Source of the DNA: a virus
Lineage: Duplodnaviria > Caudoviricetes
Direction: 5' to 3' (one strand)
IMG/VR virus record: IMGVR_UViG_3300033463_000020
DNA length: 64,000 nt
Below are positions 1 through 11,247 of the stretch, one piece after another; position 1 is the first letter of the stretch; every line of letters starts with the position of its first letter. The notes under the pieces were generated by a model. The model was not told where the DNA came from and did not search any database. It saw only the letters and a list, made by a program, of their open reading frames with translations. The translations under genes were made by a program, and so were the position numbers.

Positions 1-488
1 GAAGACGGACAGCGTCTGCACCCCCCACCCCCGGGCATCGTGCCCAGACATGTTCTGAGCCATGACCGCCCGTTTAAGCCAATAAAAACAGGTTTAGGCT
101 AAAAATACCCCCAACCTTTCCAAAACACCCCTCAGGACAGTATGCTTTTGTTCATGTTTGGTGTGTTTTTAGCCCAAACCCTGAATTTCCAATATCTGCA
201 ACCGGAATTTACACCCCATCGGGTATGGTCCCGGTTTTCAGATTTCAAAATATACCCGATCGGGGACGCCGGCCGCTACAGCAGCCTTTTCCAATAATCC
301 GGATTTTCCAGACAGTTCCCGATCCCTGGTTTTTCATTTCAGGCCAGGTCCACCAGGCCGGCCATTCCCATATATCATGTTTTTCATTTGATCGCGCCCC
401 TTATTTCACCTATTTTCACCTAAGTCCGGTTTTTACCCCCTGAAGAGGTAGGTGAAAGGTCTTACGCGCGCGCGATAGAGGAGGAAGA

Positions 489-809
489 GTGTTAGAGAGC
501 GAAGAGAGAGAAATGACCTTCGGAGGCTCAGTTTCGGACGAATTCTGGTCTTTAGACGTCGCAAAGTGCCAGAAATTCGCCAAAATCATCGAAATTTGGC
601 GCAGAGAGGCACGCGAGCGGCCCGAGGATGCCCGGATCGCCTTCGAAGACGAGGACCATATTTTCTTCAAAATCCGGCAAAAGAGCGTAAATCTGCCGAA
701 GCCTCGCAAACACCGGGAGCTTTCGGAGGCCGAGAGAGAGGCCCTGGGCGAGCGTCTGAGGGGCTCTTTGGCCCGCAAAAAGGGCTCTGGAACCGCCGGG
801 GAGGCCTGA
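489..809 (+). CDS. phage hypothetical protein
   Basis: GAGGAGG RBS before GTG; C-terminal 'RELSEAEREALGERL' helix seen in many phage small proteins. Confidence 0.6.
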   Translation: MLESEEREMTFGGSVSDEFWSLDVAKCQKFAKIIEIWRREARERPEDARIAFEDEDHIFFKIRQKSVNLPKPRKHRELSEAEREALGERLRGSLARKKGSGTAGEA

Positions 810-817
810 TCAGGGTC

Positions 818-1620
818 TACCCCTCCGCGCAGAGGGTCTGAAATCCTTATTATTTCATTGAGTTTGGGACCCTAGAATCGACGACTGGCCCTAGGGTGGC
901 ATAATTGTACCCCCCGGACCCAGACGGCCTTCTTTGGTCTAAAATCTCCCAGAAATTGTGGAGCAGCCGGCCCAGGCGAAAAAAGCCGGGGCCCCTGGTC
1001 TCAAAATTTGCGACTACCAGGCGCAGTCTCCGACGGTCTGAGGGGCCGAGAGGGCCGGATTCTGTGACCCCATGCACCCGGATTTTCCCTTCCGGCGCCT
1101 CTCCGGCCGGTCCCCGGGGCAGACCCCTGCGTTTTAATGGTCTGAATCTCCCGTTATTTACTTGCGCAGAAGACCCTAGAATCGACGACGGGGGGAGAGG
1201 CAGTATGTTTATACCCCCCAGACCCAGGTCGCGTTCTACGGTCTGATTTGCCCAGTAAATTGTGGGAGCTCAGAATATATGTGCTGCGACCCGGCGGGCA
1301 GCTTAAACAAGACCGGGCTTGAAATGTGAGCCGCTACCCGGCATGCGGGGTATAAATGGCCGGGTTCTGGCCGGGAGGCAGGGGCAGCTGAGTCGAGGCC
1401 TGGCTGTTCTCTCCCTCTCGGCTCTCTCAGGCCCCGATTTCCATGTTTTCCAGAGAGGGAAGAGGCCCGGGGGATCTACCCCTGCGTTTTTTAGGTCTGA
1501 AATCCTTATAAATAACTGGGCGGTTTGGAGCTAGAATCGATTTCCAGGGAGGGGGCAGTATAATTGCACCCCCGGAGGGCAGGTCGCGATTCTAGCACCT
1601 GAAACTCCCAGAAATTGTGG
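818..1620. repeat. three imperfect, gapless 144-bp direct repeats (818-961, 1122-1265, 1477-1620)
   Basis: shared blocks ACCCCT, GGTCTGAA, CTAGAATCGA (872, 1176, 1531), ACCCC and AAATTGTGG at identical offsets in each unit. Confidence 0.85.
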
Positions 1621-2228
1621 AGGCGGGCAAAACAGCCCCAGGTGGGCTGTGCTCTCTCTCGGGCCCCAGGGAATCACCTACCGGAGAGGTAGGTAAATAT
1701 AAGACGTCAGATCTGATGAATAATATCCAGAAATGGCGCATAATTATTCATGCATGACAAATTAGCAACTTGGTATTGACGCACGTCAACGACAAGTTTG
1801 AGACGGCCGCCGGCGGTGACCTCTCGGGAGCAAAATCAGAGAGCGGAAAAAAGCCGCCCCCGGATTTTGACTCCTTTTTTTACCCCGGCCCGACCGTGAC
1901 CGTGCCCGGACTTTGACCGCGGTGAAAAAGGCGCGGCCCCCTGCGGTGAAAAAAGAGTGGGCCGGTACGGTTAAAAAAATAGGGCGGGCAATGAACATTA
2001 AAGGTCGGGCAGTGAACGTATAATGCAGTCAGCTGAACGCATCAATGTTCAGAGCCGCCGTTAGACAAGAGAAAAACCCTGGCGCTCGGTGTGTCAAAAT
2101 TTACGTGAAAATGCTCCGAGGCGCATTCATATTTTGTCCGGGGAATTATGAAGGAGAAATGAACAAAATATGAACACGCCCCAGAATCGAGGTGTGTTCT
2201 GAAGGAGGCCCGGACTGGTCGCTCAGCA

Positions 2229-2262
2229 AAGAAAAGGACGGGGCTTTTTAGGCCCCATCCTC
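2229..2262 (-). terminator. intrinsic terminator ending the leftward early transcripts
   Basis: minus strand GGATGGGGC-CTAAAAA-GCCCCGTCC followed by TTTTCTTT. Confidence 0.75.
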
Positions 2263-2281
2263 TCTTCTGCTGCGGTCGGCA

Positions 2282-2464
2282 TCAGATATAATGATTCATA
2301 TCTAGGATCATCATCACGAACATCACAAGCACCCCAAGGGTCCCTGCGATTGCTGCGACGTATCCGCCCACCGACTTGTCTTCCTTAGCGCCTCGCCAGA
2401 GAGCTCTGAGCTCCAGGGCGATGCCGATTATGGGAAGCGCGACCAGTCCGACAATATATATCAT
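2282..2464 (-). CDS. small two-TM membrane protein
   Basis: AGGAGG RBS, MIYIVGLVALPIIG..., two hydrophobic segments. Confidence 0.7.
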   Translation of the reverse strand: MIYIVGLVALPIIGIALELRALWRGAKEDKSVGGYVAAIAGTLGVLVMFVMMILDMNHYI

Positions 2465-2625
2465 TGTTGCACCTCCTTTCTGGCACGTTTGTGAATTCTG
2501 CGGCCTGATCCCCGCGTGCCCGGGGGTTCGACCAGCGTGACCTGCTACTTCTTCCAGGTCCCGAGATAGGCCACTACTATGTACAGCAGCGGAATTCCTA
2601 TCATGGTTGCTAGCGCGACGATCAT
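2461..2625 (-). CDS. small membrane peptide (26 aa if TAG at 2545-2547 is a stop; 54 aa if TAG=Gln)
   Basis: first ORF behind the promoter at 2652-2680, GGAGG RBS; the read-through form ends in an ATGA overlap with the next gene. Confidence 0.5.
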
Positions 2626-2651
2626 ACCTGTGTTCGCCTCCTTCCGAGTGT

Positions 2652-2680
2652 ATTATAGCACTTTTTCTTGGGTTTGTCAA
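2652..2680 (-). promoter_or_regulatory. consensus sigmaA/70 early promoter
   Basis: TTGACA-17 bp-TATAAT with extended TGn. Confidence 0.85.
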
Positions 2681-2728
2681 GTGTTTTTCTGAGTTTTCCC
2701 CGTATTTTCTCACGGTTTTTTAGTTTAT

Positions 2729-3271
2729 CTAGTCTTCTCTCCAGACTGTGATCACTGGCAGCAGCCGCGTCGTCACCCACATGGTCTTCTTACCGAAGCT
2801 TAGTTTTTCCTGGAGAACGATGTTACTGTCCGCCGGCGTGACCTGTAGCCTGATTGCAGCCCCGGTTCGCTGCTCGAGCTGATGCTGCAGCTCGCTCTCG
2901 GATCCCAGGATTTCCATGAGATGATAGGATGCAACCGTTTGCGGATCCCTCTCAAGCGATTCGGCTATCTGATCCAGCTGCTCTGTGGGATCACAGCACA
3001 GGTACTCGCGATGCTTCGCCGGCATGTTCTTTGCGGCCTTAAGATTCTGGATTATGTTGCGCGCCAGGCGAGCTTCCTGGGTCCGGTCCCCTGCCTGTAC
3101 GGCAACTGCTTCCAGATCCGATTCCAGGTTGTGGATGTTCGGGACCTCCGGGGACATTATCTGGGCTCCGATTCGCTCAGCTGCATCACACCAGGTCTCT
3201 CCCGGGCGTGGGCCGCCCAGCAGTCTGAGTGTCTCGTCGATCAGAGAAGAGTAGATCTCTTTATACGTCAT
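2729..3271 (-). CDS. hypothetical protein
   Basis: GGAGG RBS, MTYKEIY...; ends in TAG with an in-frame TAA three codons later (2720). Confidence 0.7.
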   Translation of the reverse strand: MTYKEIYSSLIDETLRLLGGPRPGETWCDAAERIGAQIMSPEVPNIHNLESDLEAVAVQAGDRTQEARLARNIIQNLKAAKNMPAKHREYLCCDPTEQLDQIAESLERDPQTVASYHLMEILGSESELQHQLEQRTGAAIRLQVTPADSNIVLQEKLSFGKKTMWVTTRLLPVITVWRED

Positions 3272-3581
3272 CTCTGATGCCCTCCTTTCCCGGGAGGATG
3301 CAGCAGTACTTCGACATCTCGGCGAGCTCACCGTCGACTGTGTACAGGTCCTCCTGGATGTCCCGTGCTGTATCGATGTTGGAGATCCTGAAGCTTGTCG
3401 TCTTCTCCGGGTCCAGCCCGAACCCGAGGCAATAAGATTTCCAGACTTCCGGATCTGTGCTCTCTTTGAAGATTCTGATGTACTGTCTCCCCGGGATCGT
3501 CGTACGCGGCGATTCTGCTTCCTGATTCGGAAACTCGTCGTCCGGTACCTGGGTCTTGGGTAACTGGATTGCTGTTTTCAT
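3261..3581 (-). CDS. hypothetical protein
   Basis: AGGAGG RBS, tight operon packing. Confidence 0.7.
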   Translation of the reverse strand: MKTAIQLPKTQVPDDEFPNQEAESPRTTIPGRQYIRIFKESTDPEVWKSYCLGFGLDPEKTTSFRISNIDTARDIQEDLYTVDGELAEMSKYCCILPGKEGIRDDV

Positions 3582-3601
3582 GAAGATGATAACCTCCTTT
3601 C

Positions 3602-4414
3602 TTAGTGAGCCCAGACAGCTGTGGTTTTCCCGGTTTTCCTGTAGCAGCGCCGGCATTTATCGCAGGTTATCGGGTTTCCCTGCGCATCCTTGGCGTGCTT
3701 CCCGCTGGCGAGCACCGCCGGGCAGTGGATCAGAGCCCTGACACGGTCCCTCTCGGGATCCGGCATCGTGCAGTCTTTCCTGTTGGTGTCGTCATATTCA
3801 AAAACGTTCACTTTACCCGCGTGGCGTGAGAGGAATTCATCTGCGCACCCGTGCCACTGACTGACGTTGATGACGAAGTTCGGTTCGGTCTCTCCCCGGG
3901 TTTCCAGGAAAGTTTCCAGATCCTCATAGTTTTTGGTGTAGACCGCAAACTGGATCTCCGGATGCTTCCTGGCGAGCTCATTCCAATTGTCGAAATCTTC
4001 GACAGAAGTCAGCTCGCCCGATACATTGATCCTGAATGTGGTCAACCTGATATCCTCCTGCTTCCCTGTTTTCAGGAATTTCTTGTTAATTTTGGTCAGA
4101 TAGTCGTCCAGGGCTCCGAACAGCTTCCCGGATCTAAGCAGCAGGGTGTTTTCCATCCAGGCGGGGATGACTGACGTGTGATACATACGCGCGCTGTTTA
4201 CAGCGTAGCAGCCCCCGTCGAAGCATTCCGCGCAGTGCTTGCTGCAGGTGCCCGGGACTTCCGTCAGAACCGTCCCGTCTTTGAGCTTGATCAGATGATC
4301 CTCATTGCCCGGCAGGGTTGAGAAGGAGGCGATGCCCTTCCCGATTTTTGAGTTTCCGTTTAGACTGATGTGGAGCTCGGGCTCCATTCCGGCGTTAATT
4401 GTGTAAAGTGCCAT
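3602..4414 (-). CDS. Gp88-like phage protein (Cys-rich, radical-SAM-like fold)
   Basis: GNSK, PGTC..C..C...CYA, FRINVSG, YTK and C-terminal CP...TCDKCRRC motifs. Confidence 0.75.
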   Translation of the reverse strand: MALYTINAGMEPELHISLNGNSKIGKGIASFSTLPGNEDHLIKLKDGTVLTEVPGTCSKHCAECFDGGCYAVNSARMYHTSVIPAWMENTLLLRSGKLFGALDDYLTKINKKFLKTGKQEDIRLTTFRINVSGELTSVEDFDNWNELARKHPEIQFAVYTKNYEDLETFLETRGETEPNFVINVSQWHGCADEFLSRHAGKVNVFEYDDTNRKDCTMPDPERDRVRALIHCPAVLASGKHAKDAQGNPITCDKCRRCYRKTGKTTAVWAH

Positions 4415-4443
4415 TGTAGTTCCTCCTTTATTTGAACAAATAT

Positions 4444-4623
4444 TCAAAGAATTTCGAAATCGATCCCCGCGTCATCCAGGAGATCTGCTATTTCGTCCAG
4501 ATCCTCCGTGGCGACCATTATGCGGCTAGCGGTGTCGAAGTCGTAATCGAAGCCGTTATCATCTAACAGCTCTGCAGTCTCATCAATCTCGTCTACGAGT
4601 ATACGTGCATCTAGGTTCATCAT
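4444..4623 (-). CDS. small acidic protein (59 aa, below the track length cutoff)
   Basis: GGAGG RBS, MMNLDARILVDEIDE...; fills the gap between neighbouring genes. Confidence 0.6.
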   Translation of the reverse strand: MMNLDARILVDEIDETAELLDDNGFDYDFDTASRIMVATEDLDEIADLLDDAGIDFEIL

Positions 4624-4639
4624 TTTAGTTATACCTCCC

Positions 4640-5050
4640 TTAATACCAAATAAAGTAGTAGATCTTTGCTTCCGGATCCTGCTGCAGGATACGCCTGGCT
4701 TTTGTCATTACCTCGACGGTATTGACCCAGTCTTCGTGTTCCCACTCGCTTTTGATCGGTTTGTTTGCTTCCTCTTTGGCTATTTTTAAGATCTTTTCGA
4801 TCTCATCCAGCATCATGCGCATATCGACGCAGTTGTCTTCTCTATAGCCGTCTGCGTCTACCGGCAGATCCTTATAGCTCTGCAGTGTTTTGCATATCAG
4901 ATCGTTCACGGTGTACGCTTTGCGCCAATAGCCGATTTCTGCTCTGTCGCCAATACTGGGGCCAATTGGGAACAGTCCCCCGCAAGCACCTGTTGCATCT
5001 GTTTTTTCGATATCTGGCGATTCCACCAGGCAATACTGATCAAGTCCCAT
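4640..5050 (-). CDS. conserved phage hypothetical protein
   Basis: MGLDQY...EIGYWRKA...IYYFIWY pattern typical of a widespread phage family. Confidence 0.75.
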   Translation of the reverse strand: MGLDQYCLVESPDIEKTDATGACGGLFPIGPSIGDRAEIGYWRKAYTVNDLICKTLQSYKDLPVDADGYREDNCVDMRMMLDEIEKILKIAKEEANKPIKSEWEHEDWVNTVEVMTKARRILQQDPEAKIYYFIWY

Positions 5051-5101
5051 TTTATAATCCTCCTTTTTTGTGGGCGACTTTCCGGTCTTTTTTCTGCTTG
5101 T

Positions 5102-5130
5102 ATTATAGCACTTTGGGACCGGAAAGTCAA
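5102..5130 (-). promoter_or_regulatory. sigmaA/70 early promoter
   Basis: TTGACT-17-TATAAT with extended TGc. Confidence 0.8.
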
Positions 5131-5149
5131 CTTTTTTATTGCATTATTT

Positions 5150-5911
5150 TTACGAATTTTCGTCCGGGCTGTAGTCGTCCCAGACTTCCTTGGAAAAGGC
5201 GACTGCCTCTCTGGTTCCCTCTTCGATCATCCTGCGGTATACTACGTGTCCATCGGTAATTTTGACTTCTCCCAGGTTGTTTCCATAGTCTTCATCTGCC
5301 CATTGCCATGTGAATGTGATGTCCGGGAATATAGTTGCCAGTCGTCTGATCACAGGTACCGGCGGCGCCCAGGCCGTGTTGAATATGTAGCTTCCGGCAC
5401 CGGCATTGCACGAGCTATTATCAGATTCTTCATAAGACTGGTCATAGGCGTCCCATTTGGTTCCCCAGTTCTCAATGCGCCAGTCATACCACGTGGACGC
5501 CTGATAATGCGACAGGTTATACAGGAGCGTCGCACCGTCTTTCATCGCCTTATCTTGTTCCTCCAGGGTGATCCTGTCCTCGAACTGTCTCCTTTCTTCG
5601 ATCGTCATGGGCTGGTACTGTCCGAGCCGGACTCCGTAGCGTGTCCTTGTGTGCTCCAGCGCTGCCTTTTCGTCCGGCTGAAGCGTATCTTGCACAAGCG
5701 CCAGATAATAACGCAGGGCGTCGTCAGTTCTCGAGCCGGCTTCGATATTCAGGCTCTCCGGCATCGGGATGATCTTCTGGAAGCTGAACGGCATTTCCTC
5801 TCCCGGGCTGCCGTCTTCTGTGGTTTTCTGGTTTTGTACAAAGGTGCGCATCCGCTGGACCTGTGCGATCGACCCGCTGTACCGCAGGATATTCTTAACA
5901 TGGTTCGGCAT
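5150..5911 (-). CDS. YubB/Api92-like (DUF1281) ferredoxin-like-domain protein
   Basis: MPNHVKN start, FSFQKIIPMP, WYDWRIENWGTKW and FNTAWAPP motifs. Confidence 0.8.
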   Translation of the reverse strand: MPNHVKNILRYSGSIAQVQRMRTFVQNQKTTEDGSPGEEMPFSFQKIIPMPESLNIEAGSRTDDALRYYLALVQDTLQPDEKAALEHTRTRYGVRLGQYQPMTIEERRQFEDRITLEEQDKAMKDGATLLYNLSHYQASTWYDWRIENWGTKWDAYDQSYEESDNSSCNAGAGSYIFNTAWAPPVPVIRRLATIFPDITFTWQWADEDYGNNLGEVKITDGHVVYRRMIEEGTREAVAFSKEVWDDYSPDENS

Positions 5912-5924
5912 TGTTGTATCCTCC

Positions 5925-8365
5925 TTAGTTTTTATTGTTTTCAGTTGTGGGAATGGCTGAGACGATGACATGGTCGACATATCTGAATCGCTCATTGAAG
6001 TTATACAGGGTTCCGATAATGATCGGGCTTAGCACCGGCGCTGACCCCTGCGTATCCATTTCCTGCTGGATTTTGTCTGCCGGATACAGGATTACCTCTA
6101 CTCCGTCCCTGATCTCCTGCAGCTCTTCGGCGTCGTAAAAGCCGGCGTGCAGCTCCAGATCTGTATCGATCGTTTTCGTGAATACCGTCTGGGCCATCTG
6201 CCGCATCGCTTCCGGATCTTCGGCGTATCCCAGGATTTGGATGCTGTGAGCCGGGTATTCCAGCTCTTCTTCAGTTGCTCCCGCGTAGCTTTCAATAATT
6301 GCGTATTTCATGTTAGTAACCTCCTTATTCTTCCTCTCGGACTGTGATGTTGTTTGTATCTGGATCCAGGATTTCCAGCCCTGCGTTCGCTATCTGGCGA
6401 TGCAGGCGATCCAGGGCTTCCTCCTGGGTCTCACCGTACTTCATTTTCATATACACGTAGGTTTTAACGGCGAGCGTATGCCGCGGCGGCGCTTTGAGCT
6501 CTTCGTTTCCCTGCAGCGCTTCCAGCAGCTGTGCGTAATCTTCTTCCGAGTAATTTCCGACGATCAGGCTCTCGAGCGGCACCATGTATGCCTCGAAGAA
6601 GCCCGCATCTTCGTCCGGATCTATGTCACCATAGTCTTTGGGGCGATAGCCGCGTTTGTTATTCTCGTTGAAGAACGGGTCGAAGACGTCCCTGTGCGCC
6701 CACATCAGATCCGCCACCTTGCAGGTTACTGAGCAGGGCTGTGATTCCTGCTTGATGTTGTCCTGGTAATCGGCCGGATCGTCCAGCTCCAGGTTTTTAG
6801 CGAGCCACGTGCAGAATCTGGTGTAGCTATCACTTCCCTGCTGCGGGATTTTCTGGAAATCCAGGCAGCAGCACCAGTCCCAGTTGCTATCGCAGACGTC
6901 ATAGTCCGCATCGTTGTAATCGCAGTCGAACCTCCAGCTGAGATCCCAGAGTGTGCGCAGGTCGTTCAGATTCGTGTTTTCCATTGTTTTCTCCTCCTTA
7001 GTTAAAATAATAAAATCCATACTGGTCTTTTTTGGCCCAGACTGCCGTTACCATATTACGTTCGATATACTCGCCGCGTTCTGAGGCGTCCTTCACATAG
7101 TGATTTTCCACATTGATCAGGCGCCATTCCTTCCACGAGTCTTTTCCGAACAGGAAGTCTCTGAGCCAGTCACCTCTCCAGGTATGCGGATCTATATCGA
7201 TGCCGATCTCGATATTCCCCTCCAGGATTGTCGTCGTCTGAAGGAGCCCATCGCTCCTGGTGTGTTTTTTGAGTTTAGTCGCGTCGATGCTGTAGCCTCC
7301 GAATTTCTTACGCATTGTTTTCTTCCTCCTTGAGAATGTCATTTTTGAGTTTTTTCAGCGTTTCAACATACTTGAGCAGCCGTATGATGTTGGCTGTGTG
7401 TATCCCATACTCTTCCTGCGTCTGAGATCCGATGCGCCATACCCGCTCATTGCTGACTGCCCCGAACGTTTCTTCAATTTCCCGATCATACATTCTGATA
7501 AGCCAGTTCTTGATCATTTCTTCAGTTTCCATTGTGTTTCTCCTTTATTTTTTTATTCGGTTTCACGCTGCCCAGTGGTTGCGACCTTTTCTGGGTAGTA
7601 GTTGGAAAGATAGGCTGCGATTGCATTGCCGATGTCCGCGGCAGTTTCATACGGGTATTCCGCGCCTGATGCGCCCTCCGCGGCGACAAATACCATCTTT
7701 GCACCTGTTTTCTCAGAGACAAAGAGCTCGACTGTGAATTCCATGCTTCCAGTTTCCATTAATCTTCCTCCTCTTCAGATGTGTCGTCGACCTTTTTCAG
7801 ATGCAGGTCGGCGTAATAATACGCAGCGGCGATGTTGTCCATCAGGCTGCGATCGATATCAAAAAGGTCGCGATAGTATTTCAGGATCTCATCGATGTCG
7901 TCGTCTGTATAAACATACTCGTGGACATCAAGCCAGAGTTCTATGTCCTCTCTGTCATATTGATCCTGCAATGCGATCCAGAATGCTTCCCGGATATCAT
8001 TTTTGTTGCTTTCTGTGGGTTCCACGCCGGCCGCGCGCGCAGCTGCTTCCAGCATTACCTCGAGTTTTTCACCGAACCTGTTTTCACGTCCGTACATTTT
8101 ACTTTCTCTCCTTTTTGAGTTTTTCGATTTCCGCTGCAGCAGTCAATACTACCTCCGTGGTCTGATCCAGACGCCGGCGGGTAACTGCATCAATGGCTTG
8201 CTGTTTTTTATTAATCTCGCACTGCTGCTTTATCAGGTCCAGGATCTGGACATCGCCCTTGTGCACGGCTTCTTCGAGCTTGCTGATCTGGGCAAGTGCA
8301 TAAAGTACAAGGATGATCGCAATTGTTGCGATTCCCATTGCGATGCAGGCCATAAGAATTTCCAT
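5925..8365 (-). CDS. run of seven small hypothetical early genes (5925-6311, 6325-6984, 6998-7315, 7308-7532, 7553-7759, 7759-8097, 8099-8365)
   Basis: each has a GGAG(G) RBS and TAA stop, with abutting or overlapping packing. Confidence 0.7.
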
Positions 8366-8583
8366 TAGTTTTCCTCCTCTCGGGTGAGCGTGTCTAAATA
8401 TGCGTTCCACGCATGGATGGCTTCCACGACGGAAGCGAATGTCTGGGGCAGGTAGTTCTGATGTGTCTTGCATCCGATCCTGATGTTGTTCGGAGAAACG
8501 TGCGGTACTTCTGACACTTCAATGTAGCACGCTTTGCAGGGACAGCCCTGCTTGTTCATTGTTTTCTGGTTCTGTGTTGCCAT
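8365..8583 (-). CDS. Lar (restriction alleviation)-like Zn-finger protein
   Basis: CPC near the N-terminus and 'EAIHAWN' near the C-terminus. Confidence 0.45.
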   Translation of the reverse strand: MATQNQKTMNKQGCPCKACYIEVSEVPHVSPNNIRIGCKTHQNYLPQTFASVVEAIHAWNAYLDTLTREEEN

Positions 8584-8587
8584 GGTT

Positions 8588-9076
8588 TCAGTCCTCCTTG
8601 ACTATCATTATCATTCCGCGGAGAATCCACGGGTGCAGCCACGCCAACTCTTTGGCATAAGCCTTCAGAGGCATGCTGCACTGCCAGCAATCTGGCTTGC
8701 TCTCTCTCCCGCGGCCCGAATGGTTGCCTTCGTATACTGAAATATACAGCATTCCGCCCGTTTTCAGATGGGCCAGTGCTCCCAGGACCGCTTCCTTTCG
8801 GATCTCCGGTTCGGCGATCACATTGAGAACATTGCTCAGCGTGGCCGTGTCATAAGTGCCGGCTAGCGCTGCCGCGTTCTCCTCTGGGCTTCGATTGAAC
8901 GGGTCATAGATGACGTTCTGGACACCCTTTGTTTCCAGGTACCGGGTGGCGGTGTCGTATTTGCCGCCTCCCCAGTCCAGATTTTTCGTTCCCGGATCCC
9001 ACCGGACTCTTCTGAACATCGCCGGGACCCTGGTGGAGTTGATGCTCGTGTTGGCGGATGTGTACTTCTGTTTCAT
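8588..9076 (-). CDS. small class I SAM-dependent methyltransferase
   Basis: LDWGGG motif I, YDPF, SNVLNVI, LKTGG. Confidence 0.8.
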   Translation of the reverse strand: MKQKYTSANTSINSTRVPAMFRRVRWDPGTKNLDWGGGKYDTATRYLETKGVQNVIYDPFNRSPEENAAALAGTYDTATLSNVLNVIAEPEIRKEAVLGALAHLKTGGMLYISVYEGNHSGRGRESKPDCWQCSMPLKAYAKELAWLHPWILRGMIMIVKED

Positions 9077-9085
9077 GATGCCTCC

Positions 9086-11236
9086 TTAGTTTGCACGCAG
9101 CACGATAGTAATCGCGCGGGTTTTGGTGGGAATTGTGATCTTACGCTCCCACGGAGCTCCACGCCACTCCAGGCTATTGTAGCTCAGCCCGTCGGAATCC
9201 ACACTGACGCCCTGGTGAACGATGGCATACTTGTTAAAGTCTGCCTTCATCTCATCCCACAGGATCCGTTCCAGGATCGCTCCGTCCCTGGCGCCGGCTT
9301 TTTCAAGTTTTTCCGCATTGGTTTCCTTGGAATTGCGGCGGAACCACGGCTGCTCCAGGCTTTCGTAATAGTCCTCGTAATAGGCGAGGCAGCTCAGCAT
9401 ATAGTCGCACAGGTGAACTACATCCCGAACCAGGTCATTCTCCTCTTTGGTGAGCGTGTTGAGAGGCAGCATCGCCTTGAGCTGCGCAATTTCCGGTCCT
9501 GTCATTGTTAGGCCTCCTTATTCAAAAATAATGTAATTGTGCAGGTGCGTGATCACAATACGGGCAGGTGCGCCGTCGTGAACGATCTCAAAAGCAACGG
9601 AGAACTCCATGCAGTTGTGTCCGGCGATCCTGAGGTTGGTGCCGCCCATCTCATTGCACATTCTCCTGCAGTCCTGCCAGGCATCCCGTTTTGCACATGA
9701 CGGGCGCTTGTAGACGTCGTAGAGAGTAGGGCAGCCCCGCATATACTGGCTCCTGGCCAACAGGTTGGCTCCATTGGCACGGTACGCATACCGGACAATG
9801 AAGGTGTAGCCGGCGATTTCGATGGTCTCCTGGGGTTTCTTCTTCTTGTTGCTCATTGTTGTATCCTCCTGTAATTAAATATTTTTATTCTTCGTCCGGG
9901 TAGATTTTACGTTCGACTGTTTCACCGGGGCCGGCTAGGACGATGCGCGCGTTGCCGGTCAGGAGCTTGATCAGAGTTTTCACTTTGGGCTGCTTTAGGA
10001 CGTCCGCCTTCAGGTTGAAAGTCAGTCCGGCGATGTCCTCCTTGCATGCATCAGACGCGAGCATGTTTTTCAGATGCTGCTCGTCCGCGGCGAACCAGTG
10101 CAGCCCATACTGCTTTTCAGTTTCTGAGACCATAATTGCCAGGGCATTCCCGGTGTACAGGTTGCAGATGTCCCCGTTCTTCTCGGTCACGGTTCCGATA
10201 AAATCACGATCAAAATCCCAGTAAAGTGCCATAGTTTTATACCTCCTTAATCGCAGCTGTTGCTGATGGTCGCATTGAGCCAGCAGACGCCGGTGGTGGG
10301 GTCCTCAGACACCCACATGTTATAGATCCAGTAGACCTGCCACTGGATGATTGCTGGGAAGATGGTCTCGGCATACTGTTCGAGGGCGATACCTCTCAGG
10401 GTTTTCGCATGCTCGTACTGCTCTTTGGTGATTTCGTGTCTTACGCTCTGCATTGTGTTTTCCTCCTTATTTTCTGAGTGTGTAGTTGTCGGGATTGCTC
10501 AGATCGAGCTTGTTCCAGGTCGTCCCCGTGCACATGACATTGTAATCGGGGACTTCGTCGTAGTATCCGCCATCGAGGAGCGACCCGATGCTTCTGAACA
10601 CCGCGTTCACGCTGTTCCCTGTGACGTTTCGCACTTCAATGGCGCCGGATGCGAATTCGATGACGATGTTTTCACGGTGCCACGTCGGATTTACGGCGTG
10701 AGTCCAGTACTCATATCGAGCACCCACGATCCGGTTGCGCGGGAATTCTTTGAGAATGCGTCCGATGCTAGTGACCAGGATGTTCTTTTCCAGGATATCT
10801 CCGTAGATTTCAGGCTTGTTCATAATTATTCTTTCCTTTCTCTGTGATCTTATTTACCGTAAACGATGCGGCTGGCCATTGTTTTGGCCGTCTTCGGTGG
10901 AGTGCCGCCTTTGATGGCGACCTCGTAGAATTTGCGATACTCGCGACGCTTTTTCTGCTGGAATTTCCAGCGTTTGATGAGATGCTTCGGCGATAGTTTG
11001 CTGTCTGCGAGCTCACAGACCCAGCAATTGTGATATGACATGTAATCCCATCCGTCCCAGCAGTAGAAGTAGTGCGTGGATCGCTTGAACAGGTGACGAT
11101 ACTTGCCGCAGCTGTCGCAGCGTGCGCAGCCGCGTTCCCACCGGCAGGTGTCGGCGGGCAGGTCTTCGGCCAGGTAGTCATACGTGCCCTCATCGTCCAG
11201 GCGAGGGTCTTTTGCGATTTCTTCGAGTGTTCTCAT
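9086..11236 (-). CDS. run of six hypothetical early genes (9086-9505, 9518-9856, 9885-10232, 10247-10453, 10467-10823, 10850-11236)
   Basis: RBSs, TAA stops, tight packing; the last is Cys-rich (CARCDSC, CWVC). Confidence 0.7.
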
Positions 11237-11247
11237 GGTTTACCTCC

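Noticed and set aside
818-1620. CRISPR array interpretation of the repeats
   Set aside because: The units are 144 bp and degenerate, with 160-211 bp gaps; no cas genes are present.
1840-2060. Short repeats GCGGTGAAAAA and CGGGCA.TGAAC
   Set aside because: Two to three short copies with no interpretable structure; too weak to call.
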